A stretch of DNA of 64,000 nt from Eledone cirrhosa (GCA_964016885.1 OZ024743.1:282906001-282970000); one strand, 5' to 3'; positions 27,347 through 52,572 are shown, numbered from the stretch's first letter. A program made the numbers and translations. The notes: a model not told the origin generated them from the sequence alone.

Positions 27347-28018
27347 ACACACACAGGAAAGAAATAGCAGCTATAATATTCAAAGGAAAAACATTCATAG
27401 GTAAGAGATAAAGGTCACAACATGTAGCGTATGTATGTAAATATATATTTGTCACATTATTATCATCAACTGATACAGTTTATGTAATTCATTTGATGTC
27501 TGATGTGTTGAAGTTGTTAGGGTGTAGTTAGTCTGTAGACAAATAGAACCTATCTTCTATAAATAATTTATATTATTGAGTGATATGTATGGATTTACTC
27601 AAGAAGAGTCTTCAGTTAAGATGTAGAATTCATATCTGATATCTCACTTTTTCTTTTCTTTAACTTTACACCAGTTTTCTCTTTTCTTTCTTTTTTTTTT
27701 TATTCTAACATGTGCTAAGATCTACAACAGAATTTCCCCCTGCTTCCAATCTAATGTCGTTTACTTAATTTTCTGTTGTCTAAATTATTTATATTTCAAA
27801 TCTGTACTTGTCTGGCAAGTGACTTGATCTCAGACGGGGGTGTTGAAACTAAAGCAATTATATTCTGGAAGAGTCATTTTAGCCATTCAAAAAAACACAA
27901 AAACTTAAATTCACTTTATTTCTTGGTGTCAAAATGTTCATGGAACTATTTGTGATTCAGTCACTGACGGCTCCATTACAAGCATTTATACTTTTAGATC
28001 CAAACATATAAATACCTT

Positions 28019-28734
28019 ATAGGGGAACGAATAAATGAACACTGGCGAGACCTCCAAGATAATAAAGAATCATCTGTGCTCTACCAACATGCTATGATAG
28101 AACACAGGGGTAGATTAGAGAGCATAGAAATAAAAATAGAATCCACACACAGAAAAGACGCAATGTTTAGGCAAATTACAGAGGCAGTAAGCATAAAAGA
28201 ATTAAAACCAAAATTAAATAGAAAATATAAGTGGAACAGCAACATCACAACTTACAATTAAGGACAAAATGAAAACACACACAGGACAAAATGAAAACAC
28301 ACACACACATAGAACAAACAACTTACAATTAAGGACAAAATGAAAACACACACACACATAGAACAAACAACCAACCAACAATAAATAAATAAATAAATAA
28401 ACAAATAGATAAATGAACACAAACACACACAGACACCCGGATGTGGCGCATGCGCAAACTGAGAACACAACAAACACACAGAAACAAAATGGCGTAGGAT
28501 AGAAGAAAGGAAAGGCACAGAAACAAAGAAAGGAATCCCCAGTCACTGAAGAGGTCACAGAGTGTGTGACGAAAGACTATGACTATATATAAACAACTAT
28601 CTGGTTGTGGAACCAACCAACCAACCAGAAATTTATAAGTTTGTAGATTTGTAAATTTATAAATATATAATAAATTGAAGTGAAAGCAACTGGTGCGTGT
28701 GTTTCTTATTGGCAACATGACCCTCCCAAAGTAT

Positions 28735-28740
<6 letters not shown>
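28019..28740 (+). mobile_element. 3' remnant of a related Penelope-like element (GIY-YIG C-terminus + pLTR-like region)
   Basis: 28019-28261 translates IGERINEHWRDLQDNKESSVLYQHAMIEH...FRQITEAVSIKELKPKLNRKYKWN, which aligns with the end of the 47090-48805 ORF. The 3' region shares CGCATGCGCA, AAAATGGCGTAG, a hammerhead core and terminal ATGACCCTCCC with that element, then runs into (TA)n. Confidence 0.9.
28541..28584 (+). ncRNA. Minimal type I hammerhead ribozyme motif in Penelope 3' region
   Basis: AGTCA-CTGAAGA-G-GTCACA(GAGTG)TGTGAC-GAAA-GACTA-TGACT. Stem I is AGTCA/TGACT, stem II is 6 bp, stem III is a near-palindrome AGACT (dimer type), and the predicted cleavage triplet is CUA. Confidence 0.8.
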
Positions 28741-28803
<63 letters not shown>

Positions 28804-28877
28804 TATATATACACACATATATATATATATACATATATATATATACATATATATATACATATATATATATATACATG

Positions 28878-28943
<66 letters not shown>

Positions 28944-29045
28944 CATGTATATATATATACATATATATATATACATATATATACATATACATATATACAT
29001 ATATATACATATACATATATACATATATATACATATACATATATG

Positions 29046-29077
<32 letters not shown>

Positions 29078-29121
29078 CATGTATATATATATACATATAT
29101 ATATATATACATATATATATG

Positions 29122-29153
<32 letters not shown>

Positions 29154-29580
29154 CATGTATATATATATACATATATATATATACATACATATATACATAT
29201 ATATATATACATACATACACATATATATATATACATACATACACATATATATATATACATACATATACATATATATATATACATACATATATATATACAT
29301 ATACATATATATATATACATACATATATATATACATATATATATATACATATACATATATATATACATACATATATATATACATACATACATATATAAAA
29401 ATATATATATACACATATATATATACACATATATATATACACATATATATATATACACATATATATATATATACATATATATATATACACATATATATAT
29501 ATATACATATATATATATACATATATATATATACATGTATATATATATACATATATATATATACATGTATATATATATAC

Positions 29581-29611
<31 letters not shown>

Positions 29612-29673
29612 CATGTATGTATATATACATATATATATATATACATATATATACATATACATATACATATATG

Positions 29674-29707
<34 letters not shown>

Positions 29708-29715
29708 CATATATG

Positions 29716-29751
<36 letters not shown>

Positions 29752-30430
29752 CATGTATATATATATACATATATATATACATATATATATATATACATGT
29801 ATATATATATACATATATATATATATATACATATATATACATATATATATATACATACATATATACATATATATATATATACATACATACACATATATAT
29901 ATACATACATATATATATACATATATATATACATATACATATATATATACATACATATATATATACATACATATATATATACATACATATATATATACAT
30001 ATATATATATATATACATACATATATATATAAAAATATATATATACACATATATATATACACATATATATATATACACATATATATATATACACATATAT
30101 ATATATACACATATATATATACATATATACATATACACATATATATATACATATATACATATACACATATATATATACATATATACATATACACATATAC
30201 ATATACACATATATATATACATATACACATATATATATATATATACATATATACATATACACATATATATATACATATACACATATATATATATATACGC
30301 ATATATATATATATACATATACACATATATATATATATATACGCATATATATATATATACATATACACATATATATATATATATACGCATATATATATAT
30401 ATACATATACACATATATATATATATACGC

Positions 30431-30463
<33 letters not shown>

Positions 30464-30818
30464 CGCATATATATATATACATATACATATATACATATAT
30501 ATACATACATATATATATACATACATATATATATACATATATACATACATATATACATACATATATATATACATATATGCATACATATATATATACATAT
30601 ATACATACATATATATACACATATATATATATGTACATATATATATACATACATACATATATACACATATATATATGTATGTACATATATATATACATAC
30701 ATACATATATATATACACATATATATATACATACATATATATATATACATATATATATATATATGTACATATATATATACATACATACATATATATATAC
30801 ACATATATATATATACAC

Positions 30819-30849
<31 letters not shown>

Positions 30850-30916
30850 CACATATATATATACACATATATATATATATATACACATATATATATACAC
30901 ATATATATATATACAC

Positions 30917-30956
<40 letters not shown>

Positions 30957-31014
30957 ATATATATACATATATATATACACATGTACATATATATATACAC
31001 ATATATATACACAC
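28741..31014. repeat. Interrupted (TA)n array, mostly C-interrupted on +
   Basis: TATAC/TACAC/TACGC variants. Confidence 0.97.
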
Positions 31015-32040
31015 ATCATCATCATCATCATCATCAACGTTTAACGTCCGTGTTCCACGCTTGCATGGGTTTGGACGGGGGTAGTCCCACTTGAGGCAAG
31101 AGTGATTGTCTTGCTCGCATAGGACTGTCTGGCAGGTTTTCTACAGTTGGATGCCCTTCCTAACACCAACCACATTTACAGTGTGGGTCTGGGAGGTTTT
31201 TACCGTGTTGCCTACACGGCCACATTACAGCGTGGACTGTGTGTTTTTTTGTCGTGACACCTACACGATCTCATTTGTTTCGGCCTCGATGGCGTGGCAC
31301 CAACATAACTTTACATAGAACGGGGTGGTGTGGATCGGGTGGGGGTGGTGGTGGTGGGACGGGGTGTATTTTGTTAGAGATGCCTACTGGCTGGAGTAGG
31401 TTTTACTATATATTTAGGTAAGGCGGGTCTTCTCTGTTACTGAGTACCGCCAAAGGTCACGGTCCAGTGACATTGTCTTGGAAAGGTGTAAGTGTGTGAG
31501 GTCGGAGTTTATCAGCTCATCCCATGTTTTTCTAGGTCTGCCTATTCCGTGGCTACCGTCTATCTTTATTGCCCTGCACTTTGTAATACAGCTATCGACT
31601 TTCATGCGCATCACGTGTCCATACCAACGCAGCCTTCTCTCGAGTAAACAACATCTGATCCCTCTTATCTCTAATTTTTTCCTTAGTTCGTTTATGCTTT
31701 GCCGTTCACGTATATTACTGTTACACATCCAGCGGAGCATGCAAGCTTCGTTCCTCTCTAGTCTGCGTATATCCTCTGCACACAATGCCCAGGTCTCACT
31801 ACCATGCAACATTGCTGTTCGTATGCAGGCATCGTACAACCTGCCTTTCATTTTTAGGGAGAACCCTTTAGCAGCTAATAGTGGTATAAGCTCTCTGAAC
31901 TTTTTCCAACCAGTTCTGACTCTAGCTACAGTACTTTCAGAGCACCCTCCCCCACTGCTGATTTTATCGCCCAGGTAACGGAAGCTGTCCACTATTTCTA
32001 TAGAACCCTCTGCGCAATTGAAAGAGCTAGTATTTTGTGG
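31015..32040 (-). mobile_element. 5'-truncated RTE LINE (sister subfamily) between two (TA)n arrays
   Basis: [42 protein letters not shown]...[12 protein letters not shown]...GRPRKTW, followed by a 3' UTR and a (GAT)n tail at 31015-31035. Confidence 0.93.
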
Positions 32041-34803
<2,763 letters not shown>

Positions 34804-36532
34804 TCATCATCATCATCGTTTTACGTCCGTTCTTCCACGCTAGCATGGGTTAGACGGGTTGTCCTGTTGTGGGCAGTGTCTGGTCGGCTGACCATGCCTT
34901 GCTCATACAGGAACTGATCTGGCTTGATTTCTACAGCTGGATGCCCTTCCTAACACCAACCTCATTTACAGTGAGTGCTGGGTGCTTTTTCGTGGCACCT
35001 ACACGTCCACTTTACAGTGTGGGCTGGGTGCTTTTTTGCCGTGGCACCTCCACGACCACCTTGCGGTAGGGGGGGGGGGGCATATTGTTTATATGCTTCA
35101 GCATGTACCCATGGGAGGTCGGGTACCCTGTATTACAGCGTGACGCCAGAAGTCACGGTCGTGTGTCATTGACTTTGAGAGGTGTAGTTGGGTAAGGTCG
35201 GCTTTTATCACCTCATCCCAAGTCATCCTGGGTCTCCCCACTCCGCGGTTTCCATCAACTTCTAGTGCTCTGCACCTTTTTATGCAGCTGTCATCCTTCA
35301 TACGCATCACATGTCCATACCAGCGTAACCGCCTCTCCTGCACGCAGCATTTGATTCCTCTTATGCTCAGTCTCTCTCTCAATTCATTTATGCTTTGTCG
35401 TTCACGTATATTACTGTTACACATCCATCGGAGCATGCAGGCTTCGTTTCTCTCTAATCTACGTAAGTCTTCCACCTTCAGCGCCCAGGTCTCACTACCA
35501 TGCAACATCGCTGTTCGGATACACGCATCATACAGTCTGCCTTTCATTCTGAGGGAGAAGCCTTTTGCAGCTAGCAGTGGTAGTAGTTCCCTAAACTTCT
35601 TCCATCCCGTTCTTACCCTAGTTATTGTACTTTCTGAGCACCCACCTCCGTTGCTAATTCGGTCACCTAGGTAGCAGAAGCTGTCTACTGTTTCTACAGG
35701 GCCCACCCAGAGATTGGTGGTACTTGTTTCCTGTGGCTGTTTGCTTGCTGTTTCAGCACAGCTGCTGCATGTGAATCCTACATTCTTAATTAAGCTTCCT
35801 GAGATCCCGCTACATCTCTTGTGTACCCATTGTTTGCATTTGGGGCAAAGAATGGAGTTCCTACCTACACCTTTCCTACATACTGAGCAAGGCCATTTCC
35901 CTGAGGGGATCTGGGTTCTGTTTTCTCGTCTACTTATAAGGACCTTAGTCTTTGTCATGTTGACTTTGAGGCCCTTTCTCTCTAGTCCCTGCTTCCAGGT
36001 TTGGAATTTATTCTCTAGTTCTACCATAGATTCAGCTATGAGTGCGAGGTCATCAGCATACAGGAGTTCCCATGGGCATCCGGTCTTAAACTCCTCCGTT
36101 ATTGCCTGCAGGACTATGATGAACAGGAGAGGGCTAAGAACAGAGCCCTGGTGGACCCCAACCTGTACGCTAAATTCCTCGCTATACTCATTGCCAATCC
36201 TAACTTTGCTGACTGCTCCCCTATACATGGCTTGTACCGCTTTCACAAGCCATTCATCTACTCCTAGTTTTCTAAGAGCCCACCAGATTACTGCACGTGG
36301 AACTCTGTCAAAGGCTTTCTCAAGGTCGACAAATGCCAAGTAGAGTGGCTTACTTTTAGCTAGGTACTTTTCCTGTAATTGCCTCACAAGGAAGAGCGCA
36401 TCAGTGGTGCCTTTCCCTGGTACAAACCCAAATTGCATCTCGTCTATATTCACCCGGTCCCTAATCAGCTGTGCTATAACTCTTTCTGTTACTTTCATGA
36501 CCTGGTCCATCAACTTTATACCTCTATAGTTT
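34804..36532 (-). mobile_element. RTE-clade LINE, 3' portion (RT domain to 3' UTR and (GAT)n tail), cut by the assembly gap
   Basis: Uninterrupted ORF 35098-36513 with QFGFVPGKGTTDA, FVDLEKAFDRV, GVHQGSVLSPLLF, LLYADDL, LHGSETW and [10 protein letters not shown]...GRPRMTW. It ends in CCATGCTAGCGTGGAAGAACGGACGTAAAAC(GAT)n. Confidence 0.95.
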
Positions 36533-36732
36533 NNNNNNNNNNNNNNNNNNNNNNNNNNNNNNNNNNNNNNNNNNNNNNNNNNNNNNNNNNNNNNNNNNNN
36601 NNNNNNNNNNNNNNNNNNNNNNNNNNNNNNNNNNNNNNNNNNNNNNNNNNNNNNNNNNNNNNNNNNNNNNNNNNNNNNNNNNNNNNNNNNNNNNNNNNNN
36701 NNNNNNNNNNNNNNNNNNNNNNNNNNNNNNNN
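36533..36732. other. Assembly gap (200 N)
   Basis: Run of N. Confidence 1.
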
Positions 36733-36733
36733 A

Positions 36734-37031
36734 ATATAAGATCAAAAGATGGTTAAAGGAGTTCAATATATTTTATTATGCGCATTTCAAAAACAAACAT
36801 CATCAAACAATAATATTTGTGTTTTCATCAGATAAAACAGGAGAACATGATATGAAGGCTAAAAAAAAAATGTTGATTTAAAACTGCACTATCAGCAAGT
36901 GTTTTTTTTAGCCTTCATATCATGTTCTCCTGTTTTATCTGATGAAAACACAAATATTATTGTTTGATGATGTTTGTTTTTGAAATGCGCATAATAAAAT
37001 ATATTGAACTCCTTTAACCATCTTTTGATCT

Positions 37032-37036
<5 letters not shown>
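36734..37036. mobile_element. Fold-back element: perfect 135-bp inverted arms, 33-bp spacer, hammerhead in each arm
   Basis: 36734-36868 is the reverse complement of 36902-37036. The right side runs into (TA)n; the left side abuts the N gap. Confidence 0.85.
36931..37001 (+). ncRNA. Type I hammerhead ribozyme motif (mirror copy on - strand at 36769-36839)
   Basis: TGTTTTAT-CTGATGA-[AAACA CAAATATTAT tgtttg ATGATGTTTG TTTTT]-GAAA-TGCGCAT-A-ATAAAATA. Stem I is 8 bp, stem II is long, stem III is the perfect palindrome ATGCGCAT, and the predicted cleavage is after AUA (36993). Confidence 0.78.
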
Positions 37037-42596
<5,560 letters not shown>

Positions 42597-44529
42597 CCTT
42601 CTTTAAATTTAAATTTGCAAAGGAGACTGCCTCAGTACACTGCGGGATTGGACCACTCTTCCACACGGACGGTTCATTGGCCGAGAATCCCCAGGAGATA
42701 TGTGAGGTGCTGAACGAGCAGTGCGGGAGTGTCTTCGCATGTCCACTGAGGCACATGCAAATAACGAAGCCAGAGGAGTTCTTTGATGCCACAACACTAC
42801 ATCAAGAAATGGCAACCATCAACCACATAGACATAACGGAGGAGGATGTGGTGTACGCCATTGATGAAATTAGAACAGACTCGGCTGCTGGACCTGATGG
42901 ATTCCCAGCAGTTCTCCTAAAAATATGTAAGCGGGCCTTAGCAACTCCACTGAAGATGCTCTTCAGAAGCTCCTTGGCTAGCGGTGTACTACCCAGGGAG
43001 CTGAAAGAAGGCACAATATGCCCTATCCATAAAGGAGGTAGTAGAGCGGAGGCCAAGAACTATAGGCCAGTCTCCCTGACGTCGCATATCAGTAAGGTCA
43101 TGGAGCGAGTCGTCAGAAAGAAACTAATCACTTTCCTCGAAGAAAATGACCGCCTGACTAGCACGCAACATGGCTTCCGCCCAGGAAGAAGCTGCCTTAC
43201 ACAGCTGCTACATCACTACGACTGGGTACTGAGACAGCTACTAGACAGCTCACATGTAGACGTGATATATCTTGACTTGCGAAGGCCTTTGACAAGGTCG
43301 ACCACGGAATGATATGTCACAAACTACACGGACTCGGCATAACTGGAAAAGTAGGTGAGTGGCTGCATGGCTTCCTGAGGGACAGAAGCCAGGCAGTCGC
43401 AGCAAATGGGGCCCTCTCGAGGGAAACACCGATAACAAGTGGGGTGCCTCAGGGGACAGTCCTGGGACCACTACTGTTTTTGGTGGCTCTCTCGGACATG
43501 CCCTCTGTGGTGCATGCAACAACATCCCTCACTAGCTATGCTGATGACACTAAGGTAGCACAGGCAATCAAAAACCCGGCTGACGCTGCCCTCTTACAGC
43601 AGGATCTGGATGCCATATACAGATGGGCGAAGAAAACAACATGCAGTTTAATGCTGGCAAATTCCAAGCCCTAAAATACAAACCTGCAAACACAAACACA
43701 AATATAGCGGAACACAGCTACACAGGACCAGGAGGGACCGATATCCCCGTGTCAAAATCGATACGAGACCTGGGCATAGACATGAGCGATGATGCATCTT
43801 TTTCTTCACACATCATGAAGGTGGCGACAGCATGTAGACGATTCGCTGGCTGGATCTTGAGGACTTTCCTTACAAGAGATCGAGACACCATGTTGACACT
43901 GTGGAGGACTTTTGTCCTAAGCCGCCTGGACTACTGCTCCCAGCTGTGGTCACCCCATAGTGTCAAACTAACCACAGAGCTTGAGGCAATCCAGCGAAGC
44001 TACACCAAGAGGATTGCCAAGATGAGGGAGACAAGCTACTGGGAGAGGCTGAAGGAACTGAACCTCTACTCCTTGGAGCGAAGACGGGAGAGATACGCAG
44101 TGATCTACATGTGGAAAATCCTGGAGGGACTAGCACCAAACTTTGGCATTGGGAGCTGGACCAACCGTCGAACAGGACGTCACTGTGTGGTGCCAAAGGT
44201 CCCGTCTTCCACATCTAGAATAAGGAGCAGGTATTGCAATAGCCTGGGATTCAAGGGCCCTCAACTCTTCAACAGGCTGCCGAGGCATCTGCGAGACTTG
44301 CATGACGTGGAGGTGGATGTCTTTAAGAAACATCTCGACACCTTGTTATCCAGGATCCCGGATGAGCCCACAGCAAGACACGAGGGAAACCTAAGGGCAG
44401 CAGCAACAAACTCCCTCCTACACCAGTGGCCAACCTATACAGGCTGGAGATAAAATGTGTAGCAACAAGGGCGGTGCCCCAGCATGGCCTCAGCCGGATG
44501 GCTGAAACAGGTAAAAGAGTAAAAGAGTA
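42597..44529 (+). mobile_element. CR1-clade LINE, 5'-truncated, RT domain with two 1-nt frameshifts, inside (TA)n
   Basis: [83 protein letters not shown] and SLERRRER. It has a short 3' UTR ending (TAAAAGAG)x2. Confidence 0.93.
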
Positions 44530-46271
<1,742 letters not shown>

Positions 46272-46357
46272 ATCTTATTTCTAGCTATGGTGAACTGTGC
46301 CTCCGTCTCGTCATCTATTTGCTGTGGTATGCAAACTCTTTTATTAAAGGGTAACCT

Positions 46358-48805
46358 TAATAGCAACACACACAACTATGACGATAGAAATAACGACAAC
46401 CCCTTAGAGAAACTATTTTTCAACCCAGCTGACAAAACATATAAGATGGGTAATATCTATCCTACGAGGTTACCCTTTAATAAAAGAGTTTGCATACCAC
46501 AGCAAATAGATGACGAGACGGAGGCACAGTTCACCATAGCTAGAAATAAGATTAGACAAGTAGTAGACAGGTACACTATGAGACAGAGCAGACCAGAGGC
46601 CCAACAACTTGGGATAAAACCTGTAGAAGGCTTGGTTAGCCTCAAGCAGCGCACAAGGGATGGTGAGCTAGTGTGTCTACCCACAGATAAGTCTGGTAGG
46701 ATGTCAATAGATAGCATGCCGAACTACATCGAGGCAATGCAACCCCACATCACCAACACGAGCGAAGTTGCACAACTAACACACGATGGGAGAGAAAAAA
46801 TCCTCAACGCTCACATGATGATGTGGACTGACATCCTAAAGCCAAGCAGATGCACTGCCAACAACTTCCAGGCGTCTAACAATGGCATACCACCCTTGTA
46901 TGGGCTCCGCAAAAACCACAAGACAGTCGACGACCCGACAACAGGACCACCAACAAGACCCGTATGCGGAGCTAATATAGCTAGCAACTACAGGATCTCC
47001 TACTTCCTCTCAATGGTTATACGCCCCATAATCAAGATGTCCCCAGATGTATGTGAAAGTACAGAGGACCTCCTCAGCAGAATCAGTGAGTGCAACAAAA
47101 CAGGAGCCTATCCAACTGCATAATAGGCAGCATGGATGTGGTGTCACTGTACCCATCCATTAACATTGATTTTGCTGTGAAAAGATGTGTGGAGATGATC
47201 ATTGAGAGTGAGGTGGAGTTCTGCGACGTCGACACAGACGAACTGGGCCTCCTACTTAGACTTACCTACGACACTGACTACCTAGACAGCCATGACCTTA
47301 GATGTTTCTGCCCTAGTAGACCTATAAGAGGTAGACCCCCCACCATAACCTCAATGGCTAAAAAGACTCCCATAGGAAGGTGGATTGGGTGGACCAAAGC
47401 TATACGGACCCCCCAAAACACTGATCAGGTAAGAAAAATGGTCGCACATGCAATAGGGGCTAGTATCAAAACTACCCTAAAGGGCCACATATTTAAGTTC
47501 AATGAGAAAATCTACACCCAAAATGAGGGAGCAGCCATTGGCGTCAGCATAGCTGGTGATGTTGCCAACCTTTTCATGGTATGGTGGGAAAGGAGACTTA
47601 AAGATCTCCTTAATGAAAGCTCCATAGACCTCATCATGTACTCTCGTTATGTAGACGATATCAATATAGTTATAAGAACACCCCCACTAGAGAGCACTAA
47701 CAAGTTTGATTTAGAACGTAGCACGATGGAAAGCATCCAGCAGATAGCTAATTCCATACACCAGAGTATAACTGTAACTATAGACTTCCCTTCCAAACAC
47801 CCTAACAATAGACTACCTGTATTAGACACAGAACTCTGGATTAACACTATAGACGAGAGAGCCCAAATTCTCCACTCACACTATGCTAAACCCATGGCCT
47901 CCAAATACCTGATACTCAAAAACTCAGCAATGTCCAGTAGTGCTAAGTTTAATATTCTGATCGCAGATTTGGTACGAGTGATGAAGAATGTGTCCCGCAT
48001 GTGCGACCCAACAGAAATGGAAGGACACATCCAACACTTCATCAACCGCATGCAGTTCTCTGGCTACAACCAAAGAGACAGAGTCAGAGTATACGAAGGA
48101 GCCATGGAAAAGTATAAGACCCTCATAGAACTGGACATGAAAGGAATTTGCCCACTATACAGGAGCAAATCATGGAATAGCTTAGATAGGGCTAGACATA
48201 AGATAGGGAAGGCCACATCATGGTACGACAACCAGAGATATCAGAGTGTCATGTTTGTGGACGCCACCCCTGGAGGGAAATTAGCTAACCAGTGTAGAAA
48301 GGCCCTGAGAAAGACCCACTTAAAAATAAAGGTGGTAGAAAAGCCAGGAACCACCATAAAATCCCTGATCAGCAAAACCTACCCTTTTAAGAAAACCCAC
48401 TGTACTAATAGGAAATGTATCATATGTAAGGTGAACCCCCGGATAAACTGTAAAACTAGAAACGTAGTCTATAGCATAAGATGTACAGAGGGTACTTGCA
48501 GAAACATGACAACAACATACATAGGTGAGACAGCTCGTAGCATAGGTGAAAGGATAGACCAACACTGGGGGGAACTAAAAGGGCGAAAAAACAGGTCAGT
48601 ACTATACGAACATGCTAGACAACAACATGACGGTAACATAGACAACATAGAAATTAGAATAATATCTAAACATAGGAATGACCCAGCAGATAGGCAAATC
48701 AGAGAGGCCAGTGAAATAGAAATTAGAAGACCAAAGCTAAACAGAAAGAATGAGTGGAACAACAACAACACCCAAACAAACAACACTGACCTAAGAGAAG
48801 TATAA
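46358..48805 (+). pseudogene. Penelope-like RT-GIY-YIG ORF with a single frameshift near 47100
   Basis: Motifs: LPTDKSG; [11 protein letters not shown]...PTRPVC; GSMDVVSLYPSI; QNEGAAIGVSIAGDVANLFM; YSRYVDDI; Cys-rich linker HCTNRKCIIC...C; GIY-YIG NVVYSIRC...YIGETARSIGERIDQH...LYEH...RQIREASEI...PKLNRKNEW. The two frames join at the run tgcaacaaaacagg. Confidence 0.92.
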
Positions 48806-49061
48806 ATAAGTAAATAAAATTAAATAAAATAAGATAAATAAATACATACACAAGCACATAAACACACACTAGTCACCCAGCAGACACAACACTATACACA
48901 CTAGTCACACATCACACATAACACTATACACACACGCAAACGCATGCGCAAAGAAGACAAAATAAAATAAGATAAACAAACAAGCAAATAAATAAATAAA
49001 TATATAGACAGACTGAACAAAAAAATGGCGTAGACATACAACACAACAGGAGGAACAATGA

Positions 49062-49118
49062 ATATAACACCACTGACGATGTTGCAGATGTGCAACGAAA
49101 GATTTATGTAAATTATGT
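49062..49118 (+). ncRNA. Minimal type I hammerhead-like motif in Penelope 3' region
   Basis: CA-CTGACGA-T-GTTGCA(GATG)TGCAAC-GAAA-GATTTA-TG. Stem II is a perfect 6 bp, and AGATTT is self-complementary with G-U pairs. Stem I is weak and interrupted. Same relative position as the 28541 motif. Confidence 0.68.
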
Positions 49119-49315
49119 AAACTATATATATGTGTTTGTGTCTATATTGTATCTGTATTATTTTTGACCGCCGGTCAGTCAATGGCAACATTGAGGACCG
49201 AGTAAGTTAGATCGCAGATATATATATATAAAAGACAGCGAGAAGCGAAAACCAACCAAACAGTGAGTGTGTTCTGTTATTAATTCTGGCAATATTACGC
49301 AAATATGACCCTCCC

Positions 49316-52124
<2,809 letters not shown>

Positions 52125-52572
52125 TACAATATTAAATAAATGGAAAACTATATTTATAAAACCATATTTATTTCATTATATATATTTCGGGGATATCATA
52201 TTAACAATATGCTATGCCTTCATCAGACAAAATACAATATAAACAGTTTTATAGATAAATATATTCGACATACCGTAATAAACATCAACTTCATTTGAAG
52301 AGGTTTACTCTTCAAATGAAGTTGATGTTTATTACGGTATGTCGAATATATTTATCTATAAAACTGTTTATATTGTATTTTGTCTGATGAAGGCATAGCA
52401 TATTGTTAATATGATATCCCCGAAATATATATAATGAAATAAATATGGTTTTATAAATATAGTTTTCCATTTATTTAATATTGTAAATATACTCCAAATA
52501 TTTGTCGAGTGCTTTTATATCAGTTATAAATATTTACTAGTTGTAACCCAACAATTTTAAATATAACTTTAC
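52125..52572. mobile_element. Fold-back element: perfect 178-bp inverted arms (52125-52302 / 52308-52485), 5-nt loop, ~90-bp unpaired right extension, between (TA)n arrays
   Basis: The arms are directly reverse-complementary around the loop GTTTA. Each arm contains a CTGATGA...CGAAA core. Confidence 0.88.
52370..52447 (+). ncRNA. Hammerhead-like motif (mirror copy on - strand at ~52163-52240)
   Basis: CTGATGA-AGGCATAG CATATT(GTT)AATATG ATATCCCC-GAAA-TATATA. The catalytic boxes and a stem II hairpin are present, and stem III is the palindrome ATATAT. Stem I is imperfect. Confidence 0.55.

Noticed and set aside
26534-27455. CRISPR array or repeat protein at the 28-bp repeat
   Set aside because: The units are contiguous with no unique spacers, there are no cas genes, and the context is eukaryotic. 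The same peptide appears in all three frames simply because 28 is not a multiple of 3.
35282-36343. Plus-strand ORFs of 130 and 209 aa
   Set aside because: They are antisense shadows of the RTE ORF.
46358-48805. Selenocysteine (UGA) recoding in the Penelope-like ORF
   Set aside because: No in-frame TGA is seen; the only break is a frameshift.
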